From a virus, in IMG/VR virus record IMGVR_UViG_3300030102_006261, positions 64,001 to 128,000 of that record: a DNA stretch of 64,000 nt; one strand, 5' to 3'. The translations under genes were made by a program, and so were the position numbers. Numbering within the stretch: position 1 is the stretch's first letter; every line of letters begins with the position of its first letter. Under the pieces are notes generated by a model. The model was not told the DNA's origin. It was given only the letters and a program-made list of their open reading frames with translations, and ran no database searches. This document shows, piece by piece, positions 1-9,483 of this stretch.

Positions 1-405
1 GATTTGGTATTTACTTCACCTCCTTATTTTAACAGAGAGGCGTATAGTGAGGATGAGAATCAGTCTTACAAAAAGTATGGCTCGTCGTATGAATCATGGA
101 GAGACGGATTTCTTCGTCCTACCCTAAAGAATTGTGTTGACTGGCTTAAGTCTGAACGTTATCTTTTATGGAATGTAGCGGACATAAAAGTCAAAGATAG
201 CTATCTTCCCTTGGAAAAAGATTCTAGAAATATTCTAGAAGAATATGGGATGGTATATAAATATACACTGAAAATGGCAATGGAATCTATGCCCGGTCAA
301 AATAGGTTAGATGAGAATGGAATCCCTAAGTGTAAAAACTTTTGTAAAGTAGATGGACGTTACCTTAAGTATGAACCCGTATTTGTTTTTTGGAAACCAA
401 AATGA
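1..405 (+). CDS. DNA N4-C/N6-A methyltransferase, C-terminal part (5'-truncated by window)
   Basis: DLVFTSPPYF amino-methyltransferase motif IV, then LLWNVAD and YEPVFVF; frame open from base 1. Confidence 0.8.
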   Translation, partial: DLVFTSPPYFNREAYSEDENQSYKKYGSSYESWRDGFLRPTLKNCVDWLKSERYLLWNVADIKVKDSYLPLEKDSRNILEEYGMVYKYTLKMAMESMPGQNRLDENGIPKCKNFCKVDGRYLKYEPVFVFWKPK

Positions 406-1082
406 TATCTGAAACTGCATGTACTCTTGAAAATTGGATTGATGAATATATCACTGCTCTCCAGACAAATAGTAATGTTGTTCGAAAAAATGTAAAGAGT
501 TTGATAAAAACTAATCGTGTAAAGCCGCGAGAGGCTAAAAAAATATCTGATCACTTTCGTCGTCTTTTGGACGAGGTCAATTGTGTTCTACATAATGATG
601 ACGAAGATTTAGCTGAGGGATGGTCTTATTTGAACCACACCAAACTAAAACGACTTCAGGGGTATTTGGAAACTATCGTCGATGAGTTTGCAATCGCTGG
701 AACCATCAAACGTAAAAAGAAGAAAATTTCTCCAGATAAACTTGTTAGATCACTTAAGTATCTACCCAGTTTTAATTCAATGTCTAGTGTAGATCCAATC
801 GGTGTGATCGGTGCAAAGGGAGTTCTTTTGTATAATGTAAAACAAAAGAAAATATCTCTATATGAATCAAAAACCGGTCTTTCGATTAAAGGAAGCACTC
901 TACAGAATTTTGATTCTGGTGATGTAAAAAGTTGTGGACGCAAAGATACTAAATGGTTAAATCTTTTAACAACTTGCACTGTGATGAGAATGAAAAAAGA
1001 GATAAATACTTTGAGGGCTAAGACACAGGAGCCTACCGGCAGGATAAATAAAGACACACTAATCTTAAGAATCATAAGATGA
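402..1082 (+). CDS. Hypothetical basic protein of T4-like phage type
   Basis: Long ORF; ATG at 402 overlaps the upstream stop (ATGA). Confidence 0.6.
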   Translation: MISETACTLENWIDEYITALQTNSNVVRKNVKSLIKTNRVKPREAKKISDHFRRLLDEVNCVLHNDDEDLAEGWSYLNHTKLKRLQGYLETIVDEFAIAGTIKRKKKKISPDKLVRSLKYLPSFNSMSSVDPIGVIGAKGVLLYNVKQKKISLYESKTGLSIKGSTLQNFDSGDVKSCGRKDTKWLNLLTTCTVMRMKKEINTLRAKTQEPTGRINKDTLILRIIR

Positions 1083-1417
1083 ACTACACCACAATTAAAA
1101 AAATCTCTAATTTTGATGCAATATCCTTTAGGGGTGATTTTAAAATGAACAACACAAAAGGATCTCCTACGATTTACTCTCGTGGTGATGTGGTTCTTTA
1201 CGAGGGTAAAACTTTCATAGCAAACGAGACTGTTTTTGGAGTATATCCTACGTTCGACAAAGAACAAAGATGGTACTGTTTAGCTGGAAGTGCAGTTTAT
1301 GTGCAAAGTGATGTTCCTCCATCAGCCAAAAATGGAGATGAGTGGTTCAATTCATCGAGCGGTAGATTATACCGATACCTACAAGATGCCTCGGGGGAGC
1401 AGTGGGTAGAAATTTAG
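1079..1417 (+). CDS. Small virion/fibre-associated protein with CBM5/12-like segment
   Basis: YSRGDVVLYEGKTFIA...W resembles chitin-binding CBM5/12; C-terminal P..GDEWFNSSSGRLY...WVEI fibre-type motif. Confidence 0.5.
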   Translation: MNYTTIKKISNFDAISFRGDFKMNNTKGSPTIYSRGDVVLYEGKTFIANETVFGVYPTFDKEQRWYCLAGSAVYVQSDVPPSAKNGDEWFNSSSGRLYRYLQDASGEQWVEI

Positions 1418-1427
1418 CAAAAGGATT

Positions 1428-1455
1428 TTGACTTGACTAGTAAAAATGATAAAAT
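1428..1455 (+). promoter_or_regulatory. Sigma70-type early promoter upstream of the gp45 cluster
   Basis: TTGACT-16 nt-TAAAAT with extended -10 TG. Confidence 0.55.
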
Positions 1456-1627
1456 AAGTGATCATAATCATGGTGATTATGAACAATATGATTATTCTGA
1501 TATCAGAAAACAAAGAAACAAAAAGAGAAACAAAAAAAGACGACATCGATCTAAGGATATACTTAGAGATGTAAAGAATGGAAATATAGATTATGACTCA
1601 TTTGAAGAATGGAGCGAATTTCAATGA
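1433..1627 (+). CDS. Small basic/acidic hypothetical protein
   Basis: TTG start after AAGGA; K/R-rich stretch; ATGA overlap with gp45. Confidence 0.45.
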   Translation: MTSKNDKISDHNHGDYEQYDYSDIRKQRNKKRNKKRRHRSKDILRDVKNGNIDYDSFEEWSEFQ

Positions 1628-2295
1628 AACTCTCTAAGGGGACTCTCTCAGTCCTGAAAAATTATTCGTCAATCAACACGAATATTCTTGTTCATCCGGG
1701 ATCTAAAATTTCAACTATTACACCAGCGAAGAATTTACTTTCTGAGGCAGTGGTTGAAGAGGATTTCCCAGTTCAATTCGGTATCTGGGATCTACCTAAG
1801 TTTCTGGGTACAGTATCCTTGTTTCAAGATCCTGATTTTTCATTTCATGATAAGTATGTTCTAATTAAAAGTTCAACGGGATCATGTGTTAAGTATTACT
1901 ACTCGGAACCATCATTGCTTACTGTTCCTACTAAAAAGCTGGATATGCCCACCGCTGTTGTCAACTTTAAGCTAACAGAGTCTGTGTTCAACGAAATTCT
2001 TCGCTCCGCATCTGTTCTGCAACTGCCTGACTTGGCGATTAGATCCAGTTCGGGTAGAGTGTTTGCTGTTGTTTTTGACAAGAGTGAACCAACCAGCAAT
2101 GATTATTCAATTGATTTGGGTGAGCATAATGGAACTAGTGAATTTGATTTTCACTTCAAGATTGAAAATCTCAAGTTCCTCCCCGGTGAATATGAAGTTG
2201 GTATTAGTAATAAGGTGGTTAGTCAGTTTAAGAATGTGAGTAATTCAGTAACATACTGGGTTGCATTGGAATCAACTAGCACTTATAGTGAGTAA
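1624..2295 (+). CDS. gp45: Sliding clamp (T4 gp45)
   Basis: MKLSKGTLSVLKNYSSIN, FGIWDL..FL, YWVALE motifs; synteny with gp44/gp62. Confidence 0.95.
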   Translation: MKLSKGTLSVLKNYSSINTNILVHPGSKISTITPAKNLLSEAVVEEDFPVQFGIWDLPKFLGTVSLFQDPDFSFHDKYVLIKSSTGSCVKYYYSEPSLLTVPTKKLDMPTAVVNFKLTESVFNEILRSASVLQLPDLAIRSSSGRVFAVVFDKSEPTSNDYSIDLGEHNGTSEFDFHFKIENLKFLPGEYEVGISNKVVSQFKNVSNSVTYWVALESTSTYSE

Positions 2296-2301
2296 TAGAA
2301 A

Positions 2302-3234
2302 ATGACTGGTCTCTTTGTTGAAAAGTATCGTCCAGCGACGATCAATGATTGTATATTGCCTGACTCACTTAAGAAAACTTTTAATGATATCGTTAAGAGT
2401 GGTGAGTGTCAGAACCTTCTTTTGACTGGGGGCGCAGGGTGCGGAAAGACTAGCGTGTCTCGCGCTCTTTGTAATGAGCTAGAAGCAGACTACATTCTAA
2501 TTAACTGTTCGGAGGATGGTAACATAGACACTCTCAGAACTAAGATTAGAACGTTTGCAAGCACAGTTTCAATTAGTGGTGGTAAGAAGATCGTAATTCT
2601 AGATGAGTTTGATTACAGTAACGCACAAAGTATTCAACCTGCTCTTCGTGGTGCTATTGAGGAGTTTGCTGATAATTGTAGATTCATTATCACTTGCAAC
2701 TACAAGAACAGAATTATCTCACCAATTCACTCTAGATGTACGAACATCGAGTTTATTATCCCGTCTGATGAAAAGCCAGCACTCGCTGCTCAATTCATGG
2801 AGAGAGTCAAATACATACTCGGTGAGGAAGGGATTCGATACGAGGACTCCGTTCTCGCTCAGTTGATAACCAAATATTTTCCTGATTTTCGGCGAGTTCT
2901 TAATGAGCTACAGCGGTATTCGGTTGCCGGAATTATTGACGTTGGAATTTTATCTCAGGTTGGTGAACTACAAGTTAAGGAACTTGTCTCTTCAATGAAA
3001 GAGAAAAATTTCACGGAGGCTAGGAAATGGGTAGTGTCTAATTTAGACAACTCCCAAACAGAATTGTTCCGAAAAATATATGATGGGTTATATAAGTACA
3101 TGGAGTCATCATCTATTCCGCAAGCGATTCTTATCCTAGCCGATTATCAACACAAAGCTGCCTTTGTTGCAGATCAAGAAATTAACCTAACGGCGTGTAT
3201 CGTCGAACTTATGATGGAGTGTGAATTTAAATGA
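2302..3234 (+). CDS. gp44: Clamp loader large subunit (T4 gp44)
   Basis: LFVEKYRP, Walker A GGAGCGKT, Walker B ILDEFD, SRC motif, YFPDFRR. Confidence 0.97.
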   Translation: MTGLFVEKYRPATINDCILPDSLKKTFNDIVKSGECQNLLLTGGAGCGKTSVSRALCNELEADYILINCSEDGNIDTLRTKIRTFASTVSISGGKKIVILDEFDYSNAQSIQPALRGAIEEFADNCRFIITCNYKNRIISPIHSRCTNIEFIIPSDEKPALAAQFMERVKYILGEEGIRYEDSVLAQLITKYFPDFRRVLNELQRYSVAGIIDVGILSQVGELQVKELVSSMKEKNFTEARKWVVSNLDNSQTELFRKIYDGLYKYMESSSIPQAILILADYQHKAAFVADQEINLTACIVELMMECEFK

Positions 3235-3527
3235 GAGTGATACCCACAGGAGATTATATTGCAATCGCACCATGGAGTCCCCCAAGCACTACTGCTGAGG
3301 GAATTCATTACACCCCCAGAGAGAATCCTCGGATTGGTAAAGGTATTGTTGTCGGGATTGGACCTGGTGCTATGACATCACGGGGGTGGATTTATGAGCA
3401 CGACCTTAAGGTTGGTGATTGTGTCCTCTATGATAAAAGTGACGGATTCAATGTTGTCACTGGTAATGCGATGATTGATGTGAGAAATATCGTAGCAGTT
3501 ATTGATGAGAGTATAGAAATAGAATGA
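3231..3527 (+). CDS. GroES/Cpn10-like co-chaperonin (divergent)
   Basis: Aligns by eye with GroES: P.GD.I.I, T..GI mobile loop, G.VVGIGPG, LKVGD.VLY, IVAVI. Confidence 0.75.
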   Translation: MRVIPTGDYIAIAPWSPPSTTAEGIHYTPRENPRIGKGIVVGIGPGAMTSRGWIYEHDLKVGDCVLYDKSDGFNVVTGNAMIDVRNIVAVIDESIEIE

Positions 3528-3913
3528 AGCTATCAGATTATCTCAACTCCATCAATTACACAAAACAAGATCTATTTGACACAGAGGATCACACTGTAGA
3601 AAAGGAGTATGTTCCTTTTGTTACGAATAGGTGTCTATCGTATTTTCCGGATACTATTCTGTATGTCAATCAGATGAATAAATATTGCTCTTTGGATAAA
3701 AAGATGCAGTTTGATTACCTTCGCATGTCAATCAGAAAGCGAAAGCGGTTTAGTAAGTGGTTGAAAAGGGAATCCGTGGAGAATCTTGAGTTAATCAAGA
3801 CTTATTTCAACTACTCGGATACTAAAGCCAGAGAGGCATTGGAAATTCTATCACCCGAAGATGTGGAGAAAATTAGGCAAATGAGTTACCAAGGGGGTAA
3901 AAATCCTATATAA
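3524..3913 (+). CDS. gp62: Clamp loader small subunit (T4 gp62)
   Basis: YLNSINYTK, Y.PF..NR.LS.FPD, RKRKRFSKW, C-terminal GG. Confidence 0.93.
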   Translation: MKLSDYLNSINYTKQDLFDTEDHTVEKEYVPFVTNRCLSYFPDTILYVNQMNKYCSLDKKMQFDYLRMSIRKRKRFSKWLKRESVENLELIKTYFNYSDTKAREALEILSPEDVEKIRQMSYQGGKNPI

Positions 3914-3945
3914 GTAAGCTACATTCTTTTTTATGAGGAGTTAGG

Positions 3946-4353
3946 ATGTGTGATGAAGATGACATTTTTCAAGGTTTAGGGATAGAGATCGCCCTAAAAG
4001 AAAAAGATGATTTCCTTAAGATAAGAGAAACTTTAACTAGAATTGGTGTTTCTTCTAGAAAAGAGAACAAGCTTTTTCAGTCTTGTCATATTCTTCATAA
4101 GCGTGGTAGATATGCCATTATGCACTTTAAAGAGCTTTTTGTTCTTGACGGGCTTGAAAGTGATATTTCAGACGCAGACATAAAAAGAAGAAACACCATA
4201 GTCAATCTTTTGTTAGAATGGGGCCTAATAGAGACCGATGAAGAGGATTTGTTCAAGGAAAATCTAGGAAGTCTCGCTCAGATAAAAATTATTTCTCATA
4301 AAGACAAGTCAGACTGGGAACTGATACCTAAATACCATATCGGAAAAAAGTGA
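3946..4353 (+). CDS. regA: Translational repressor RegA
   Basis: DDFLKIRETLTRIG, LFQSCHILHKRGRY.I.HFKELF.LDG, W.L.PKY.IG. Confidence 0.97.
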   Translation: MCDEDDIFQGLGIEIALKEKDDFLKIRETLTRIGVSSRKENKLFQSCHILHKRGRYAIMHFKELFVLDGLESDISDADIKRRNTIVNLLLEWGLIETDEEDLFKENLGSLAQIKIISHKDKSDWELIPKYHIGKK

Positions 4354-4381
4354 CTAACTATTAAAATGGAGAATTTACATC

Positions 4382-5182
4382 ATGAAAGATAATCTGATAA
4401 CTGAAAAACCAAAACTACTAATCAAAGCTCCTACTAGAGCAAGACCAGATAAATTCAAAGAGGTGTTGCAAAAGTATGTTGACTACCTGTCCAATAAATA
4501 CCCTGTTCGTTTTGTAATCACATGTGATACTGATGATGAGACAATGAACAACCAAGAAATGCGTGGTTGGATGGATCAGCTTGCGGATAAATTAAAGGAA
4601 AAAAATCATTCTTTGGTTTACCACTTTGGTGACTCTAAAAATAAAATTGAAGCAGTCAATGCCAATATGGAAAATGAAGAGTTCGACGTTCTACTTCTTT
4701 TTTCTGATGATATGATACCAAAGGTTGTTGATTATGATGAGATTATCGTTAGGAGCATGGAGTATATTTTCCCTGAAGGTGGCGGTGCCTTGAATTTCAA
4801 TGATGGTTACAGAAGAGACTGGCCAGCACTCATGACACTAACTGTTATGCATTATGATCTGTACAAAAAATTTGGATATATCTATAGTCCAGAGTACATT
4901 TCCTTGTGGGCGGACAATGAGCAAACACTAGCATGTAGAATGATGGGTAAATTGGCTGATGTTAATCTTTGTATCATTAGACATGAATGGGTGCCAGGTA
5001 ATGATCCATCCGCTGATGAGTTGCACATTAGAAACGAAGATCCTGCCATGTATGAGCATGATGAGAAGATTTTCAAAAATAGAATGCAGAGAGATTTTGA
5101 TATTAAAAAGGAAGATCTTAAATTTAAATTAACGATAAATGACAAAAATCAGTTTACCATGGAAACAGTCGGTAATGATTAA
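4382..5182 (+). CDS. GT-A (GT2-like) glycosyltransferase
   Basis: PTRARP, D.DD, LLLFSDDM (DxD-like), YISLWADNE. Confidence 0.75.
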   Translation: MKDNLITEKPKLLIKAPTRARPDKFKEVLQKYVDYLSNKYPVRFVITCDTDDETMNNQEMRGWMDQLADKLKEKNHSLVYHFGDSKNKIEAVNANMENEEFDVLLLFSDDMIPKVVDYDEIIVRSMEYIFPEGGGALNFNDGYRRDWPALMTLTVMHYDLYKKFGYIYSPEYISLWADNEQTLACRMMGKLADVNLCIIRHEWVPGNDPSADELHIRNEDPAMYEHDEKIFKNRMQRDFDIKKEDLKFKLTINDKNQFTMETVGND

Positions 5183-5984
5183 ATATCTTTTATATACAAA
5201 CACAGGTGCTAGTGATATGGCACTTAACTGTGTGTATAGTATGATTAAATCGGGTATAGAAAAAAATGACATTCTGTTATACACGATTGATACTGACACA
5301 GAAAATAAATTCAAAGATCATAATATAAATGTCACTAAATTGGACGCATCAGAATCTATTGGTGAGTCTAATTTGTTTGCTGACAGTAAATATCAGGACT
5401 GGAACACAAAGGGCTTTCACAGAGTTGTTCACTACAAAATAAAGTCAATTATTGATGCTTTGTCTACAGGTGATGATATTTTTTACTTGGATACTGATAA
5501 CGTTGTATTTAAAGATCCTAGAGAGTTTGTAGAATCTGTTGACTCAGACATAGTTATTCAAGATGATTCTGATATCCATGGTAGATGGAAAAGTCTGTGT
5601 ACCGGAGTTGTTTTTATTAAATCAAACGAAAAGACTAAACTGTTCTATGAGAAGTGCTTGGACTTACATATGAAAAACATAGAACTAGACAAGTCAACTG
5701 GAGATCAGGCGGCATTCAATCAAGTGTTAGTGGAGAAACACAGACATGGATTAAGTGATTTGATTGTCTCGGTTTTTCCACATGAAATATTCCCAAACGG
5801 TCAAATTTACTTTGAGTCATCTGTAGACAAAGAAAACATGTATCTTTTCCACAATAATCATATTAGTGGACTGGAGGCAAAAGTAGAGAGATTCAAAGAC
5901 AATGGTTATTGGTATGTTGACTGTGATAATTTTTATAATGTATTGAGTGGAAAAATCTGTGGACAAACTCAAATTACACCTTGA
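5175..5984 (+). CDS. Nucleotide-diphospho-sugar transferase (GT77-like)
   Basis: IFYLDTDNVVFKDP, LCTG..FIKSN, GDQAAFN, FPNG, HNN...K..R. Confidence 0.75.
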   Translation: MIKYLLYTNTGASDMALNCVYSMIKSGIEKNDILLYTIDTDTENKFKDHNINVTKLDASESIGESNLFADSKYQDWNTKGFHRVVHYKIKSIIDALSTGDDIFYLDTDNVVFKDPREFVESVDSDIVIQDDSDIHGRWKSLCTGVVFIKSNEKTKLFYEKCLDLHMKNIELDKSTGDQAAFNQVLVEKHRHGLSDLIVSVFPHEIFPNGQIYFESSVDKENMYLFHNNHISGLEAKVERFKDNGYWYVDCDNFYNVLSGKICGQTQITP

Positions 5985-6954
5985 TATAAAAAAAATCGAG
6001 CTGTCTTCGTTACATGCGAAAAACGAATTGGTTTTTGCTTTACCCTTTTTGAAAAAAGAGCAGTTTGAATATTTTAATAATGTTGTTCTTCAACCACATG
6101 AAAAAGCAAGATTTGTTTCTGTGTATAGTGATGGAAGATCTTATGTTGAGTTAACTTCAGTTGAAGATTGTGAATATGTTCTACTTCCATTTAAATGGAA
6201 AACAACACAGTTAGATCAGACTGACGGTAGACGCTTTGCGGAACCATACATCAAACTAGCTAAAGATAATGGTAAGAAGCTATTAGTTCTTTTTGAGGAT
6301 GATTATGCAGGTCCTCTAAATCTAAGATCAGATGAGGGCATTATTCTTAGAACTTCTTTCTTCAAATCTAAAAGAAGATCTAATGAATTTGCTTTACCCG
6401 TTTTTAGATGTGACAGATTTAAAAGTGGTAATTATATCAAGGAAAAACCAAAAAAGCCTACTGTTGGATTTTGTGGATTTTTTAATTCTCCAGCGCACGG
6501 TATCCGAAAATATGCACTACACAATCTAGAAAATGATAATAGAGTCCACTCTAATTATATTATTCGAGATTATTTTTGGGCACATGGAATAGATAAAAAT
6601 TTAGCAGTATCAGATCATTATACTAACGTAGAAAATAACATGTTTACGTTGTGTTCTCGTGGTGCCGGTAACCATTCGATGAGATTATATGAGGTTTTGT
6701 CGATGGGTAGGATACCTATTCAGGTTGACACCGATTGTGTTTATCCATTTGAAGATGTGATTGACTGGTCTAAGCATTGTGTGATTGTACCAGAAAAGGA
6801 TATACATAATATTGGTGATTATGTTATGGATTTTTATAATTCTAAAAGCTCTGGTGATTTATTAAATATGCAAAAGAACAATAGAAAAATTTGGGAAGAA
6901 TATCTATCACCCTTGGGTTTTATGAAAAATGTGAAGGAGTCTTTTCATGATTGA
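5947..6954 (+). CDS. Exostosin-family (GT47-like) glycosyltransferase
   Basis: VGFCG, FTLCSRGAGN.S.RLYE.L..GRIP, PFEDVIDW. Confidence 0.85.
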   Translation: MEKSVDKLKLHLDIKKIELSSLHAKNELVFALPFLKKEQFEYFNNVVLQPHEKARFVSVYSDGRSYVELTSVEDCEYVLLPFKWKTTQLDQTDGRRFAEPYIKLAKDNGKKLLVLFEDDYAGPLNLRSDEGIILRTSFFKSKRRSNEFALPVFRCDRFKSGNYIKEKPKKPTVGFCGFFNSPAHGIRKYALHNLENDNRVHSNYIIRDYFWAHGIDKNLAVSDHYTNVENNMFTLCSRGAGNHSMRLYEVLSMGRIPIQVDTDCVYPFEDVIDWSKHCVIVPEKDIHNIGDYVMDFYNSKSSGDLLNMQKNNRKIWEEYLSPLGFMKNVKESFHD

Positions 6955-7924
6955 TCCAATTAGCAGTTATCCATATATTTCTTCGTATACTTTTAGAAAA
7001 GAATGTGACTGGGCAATAATGACCAGTAGGGATACACCACACATTCTAAAACTAGGTAGTGGTGTGGATCCAGAAAAAGTTAAATCTGGCGCTCGTATTT
7101 ACGTCACAACAGAGGGACTCCCGTACTTTCTAAATGAGATTGAACCAAAAATTAAAGTGCCATATTTTCTTCTCACTGGAAGAAGTGATGTGCAGGTGAA
7201 TGGTGAATTAGCCTCTCATGTCTTACGACCAAATCTAATTCGTTGGTATGCTGTTAATGTTAATCTAGAAAAAACACACCCCAAAATAGTGTCAGTCCCT
7301 CTTGGTTTGGATAATGCAAATTGGAATGTTGACGGCAATCCTCAAACTGATATAACGCTTTTCTTTGATGTCAATCAAGACAATATCCAAGCAGAAAAAG
7401 ATATTTTGATTTCTTTTCAAAGACACACCAATACACATCAAAGAAATAAATGTTACGACTATTTTAAAGACAATCTAAAAAAGATTTGTACATTTAGGAA
7501 GTATAAAAACAAAAACAGACTCGATAGAGACTTTTTGCGAGAATATTATGTTGAAGTCAAAAGACATAAATTTAATGTGTGTCCACCGGGTGCAGGTTTT
7601 GATTGTCATAGAATATGGCAAACATTGATTCTAGGTTCATTTCCAATAGTGAAAAATAGTTGGGCATGGAGGGAGTTTCAAGACTTACCGGTATGGTACG
7701 TGAACAGGTTCTCTGATGTAACTAAGAAGTCTCTAGACGAAAAATATGAGGAAATAGTTACTAATCTAAAATCAGGAAAGTATAATCTAGATAAAATTAA
7801 ATTTGATTATTGGAAAAAGGTGATGGACGATGACAGAATTAATTTCTACAGAAACTATAAAGAAGAAAATACAGGATCTACAATTCACAAGTCCTATAAT
7901 ATCGACGAACTTCTTACTGGGTGA
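6947..7924 (+). CDS. Exostosin/GT47-like glycosyltransferase
   Basis: HPKIVSVPLG, KFNVCPPGAGFDCHRIWQ.L.LG.FPIV. Confidence 0.8.
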   Translation: MIDPISSYPYISSYTFRKECDWAIMTSRDTPHILKLGSGVDPEKVKSGARIYVTTEGLPYFLNEIEPKIKVPYFLLTGRSDVQVNGELASHVLRPNLIRWYAVNVNLEKTHPKIVSVPLGLDNANWNVDGNPQTDITLFFDVNQDNIQAEKDILISFQRHTNTHQRNKCYDYFKDNLKKICTFRKYKNKNRLDRDFLREYYVEVKRHKFNVCPPGAGFDCHRIWQTLILGSFPIVKNSWAWREFQDLPVWYVNRFSDVTKKSLDEKYEEIVTNLKSGKYNLDKIKFDYWKKVMDDDRINFYRNYKEENTGSTIHKSYNIDELLTG

Positions 7925-8789
7925 CTTAGAGATTGGTGGATTTGGTGCGATGGTTGCTAGAAGGAAACTTCTCATGCAAATTGGTTATGCAACTAATAGA
8001 GCAGTTTTATTCAGACATACCTCGTATCTTTATGATGAGTGTTACCAACCGCCATCTAGATATAAAATGTTGGACGTAATCAATGGTTATCAAGGTAAAG
8101 TAAAATCGATAGATGATATCAATGACTCCTCTTGTTCCTTGATTTATTTTGATTTTGACTACTATTGGAATCACCCACAATATAAGGATCATTATCAGTG
8201 TTGGAGACCTGATGGTATAAGTTATATTGAGTTCTGTGGAGCCATTCTTGATGAATTTAAACTGCTACCAGATTATCAAGAGTATGTTGATTCTGTTCGT
8301 CAGCGTTTATCAATCGATCATGAAACCATAGGATTGCATATCAGGAGAGGGGACAAGGGAATCGAGACTGGTAAGCATACCTTTGTTTCGCTTGATGGAT
8401 ATGAACGTGAGGTGAGAAAAGCATCCGAAAAATTGGGATCTAAAAGAGTTTTCATTTCATCAGATTCAGAGGAAGCGATGGGGGAAATGAAAAATCGTCT
8501 AGATGGGTATGATGTTTTTTGGGATGAAGACGAGAAACGTTATGATAACGCTAATTGGTCCATGGTAAAAGAAAATCCAGAAATGCGTAGAGATGAGACG
8601 ATGACAGGGGCGAAGATTATCGATCTTTTTGGTTCCTGTGGCCATGTTATTGGGCAGGAGAATACTCAGTTTGCTAAACTAGGTGGATCTCTTTGTTGTG
8701 CTAGGACTGGTAATAAAGATTGTATGACACTAATTGAATATGGATCCGAGGAGGTTGTCAAATATGGCTCAAGATCATCCAACAGTTAA
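7830..8789 (+). CDS. Alpha-1,6-fucosyltransferase-like (GT23, FUT8/NodZ type)
   Basis: GFGAM motif I, IGLHIRRGDK motif, VFISSD. Confidence 0.75.
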   Translation: MTELISTETIKKKIQDLQFTSPIISTNFLLGDLEIGGFGAMVARRKLLMQIGYATNRAVLFRHTSYLYDECYQPPSRYKMLDVINGYQGKVKSIDDINDSSCSLIYFDFDYYWNHPQYKDHYQCWRPDGISYIEFCGAILDEFKLLPDYQEYVDSVRQRLSIDHETIGLHIRRGDKGIETGKHTFVSLDGYEREVRKASEKLGSKRVFISSDSEEAMGEMKNRLDGYDVFWDEDEKRYDNANWSMVKENPEMRRDETMTGAKIIDLFGSCGHVIGQENTQFAKLGGSLCCARTGNKDCMTLIEYGSEEVVKYGSRSSNS

Positions 8790-9483
8790 GGTTGGTTTCT
8801 CTGTAACGAATCACTACAGCGAAAGGATTCGCCCGCAAGGGAGAGAGTTGCTCTCAGCGTACCTAGAATCGCTTGAGAAGTCCTGTAAGTATCCTTTTGA
8901 GGTATTCATCGTTGATAATGAATCAGAGGATAGATTGGATGAGAATAAGTTACCAGATCATTATCACTATTACTATATTGAGAATCAGACTACCGGTGGT
9001 TTGACACATGCGTGGAACACTGGTATACGAAAAGCATTTGATCATGGTTGTGATATTGTATTCAATACAAATGAAGACCTAACTTTCAATGAATCAATAA
9101 ATAATTTTGTTGATGTGATACTTAATCACGAGGACAGTAACGTCGCTTTATATGGTCCGATGTCTGATGGTGTCTCTACACACCATCAACAGGCGACTGA
9201 AGCTGGTGAGAACGTTTTAATTGAAACAACAAACGATGCTTGGGACAATAGGCGTGGGTATGCTTTGAATGGTTTTTTCTACGGGTTAACAAAGGAAATG
9301 TATGAAAGATTCCGATATGATGAGAAGAATCTTTTTAGCACAGAATATTGGTGTTCTTGGAACGGGCAAGAAATTGAAATTCATGATAGGTGCTGGCCGC
9401 TGGGTATGCGAAGTTTCATCGCTCAGGGGTGTTTTGTCCCACACATTAAATTAAAAGACTGGCAACATTTTAGGAGTTGTTGA
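8764..9483 (+). CDS. GT2-family glycosyltransferase
   Basis: VFIVDNES, GLTHAWNTG, FNTNED; SD GAGGAGG before ATG 8764. Confidence 0.75.
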   Translation: MAQDHPTVKVGFSVTNHYSERIRPQGRELLSAYLESLEKSCKYPFEVFIVDNESEDRLDENKLPDHYHYYYIENQTTGGLTHAWNTGIRKAFDHGCDIVFNTNEDLTFNESINNFVDVILNHEDSNVALYGPMSDGVSTHHQQATEAGENVLIETTNDAWDNRRGYALNGFFYGLTKEMYERFRYDEKNLFSTEYWCSWNGQEIEIHDRCWPLGMRSFIAQGCFVPHIKLKDWQHFRSC

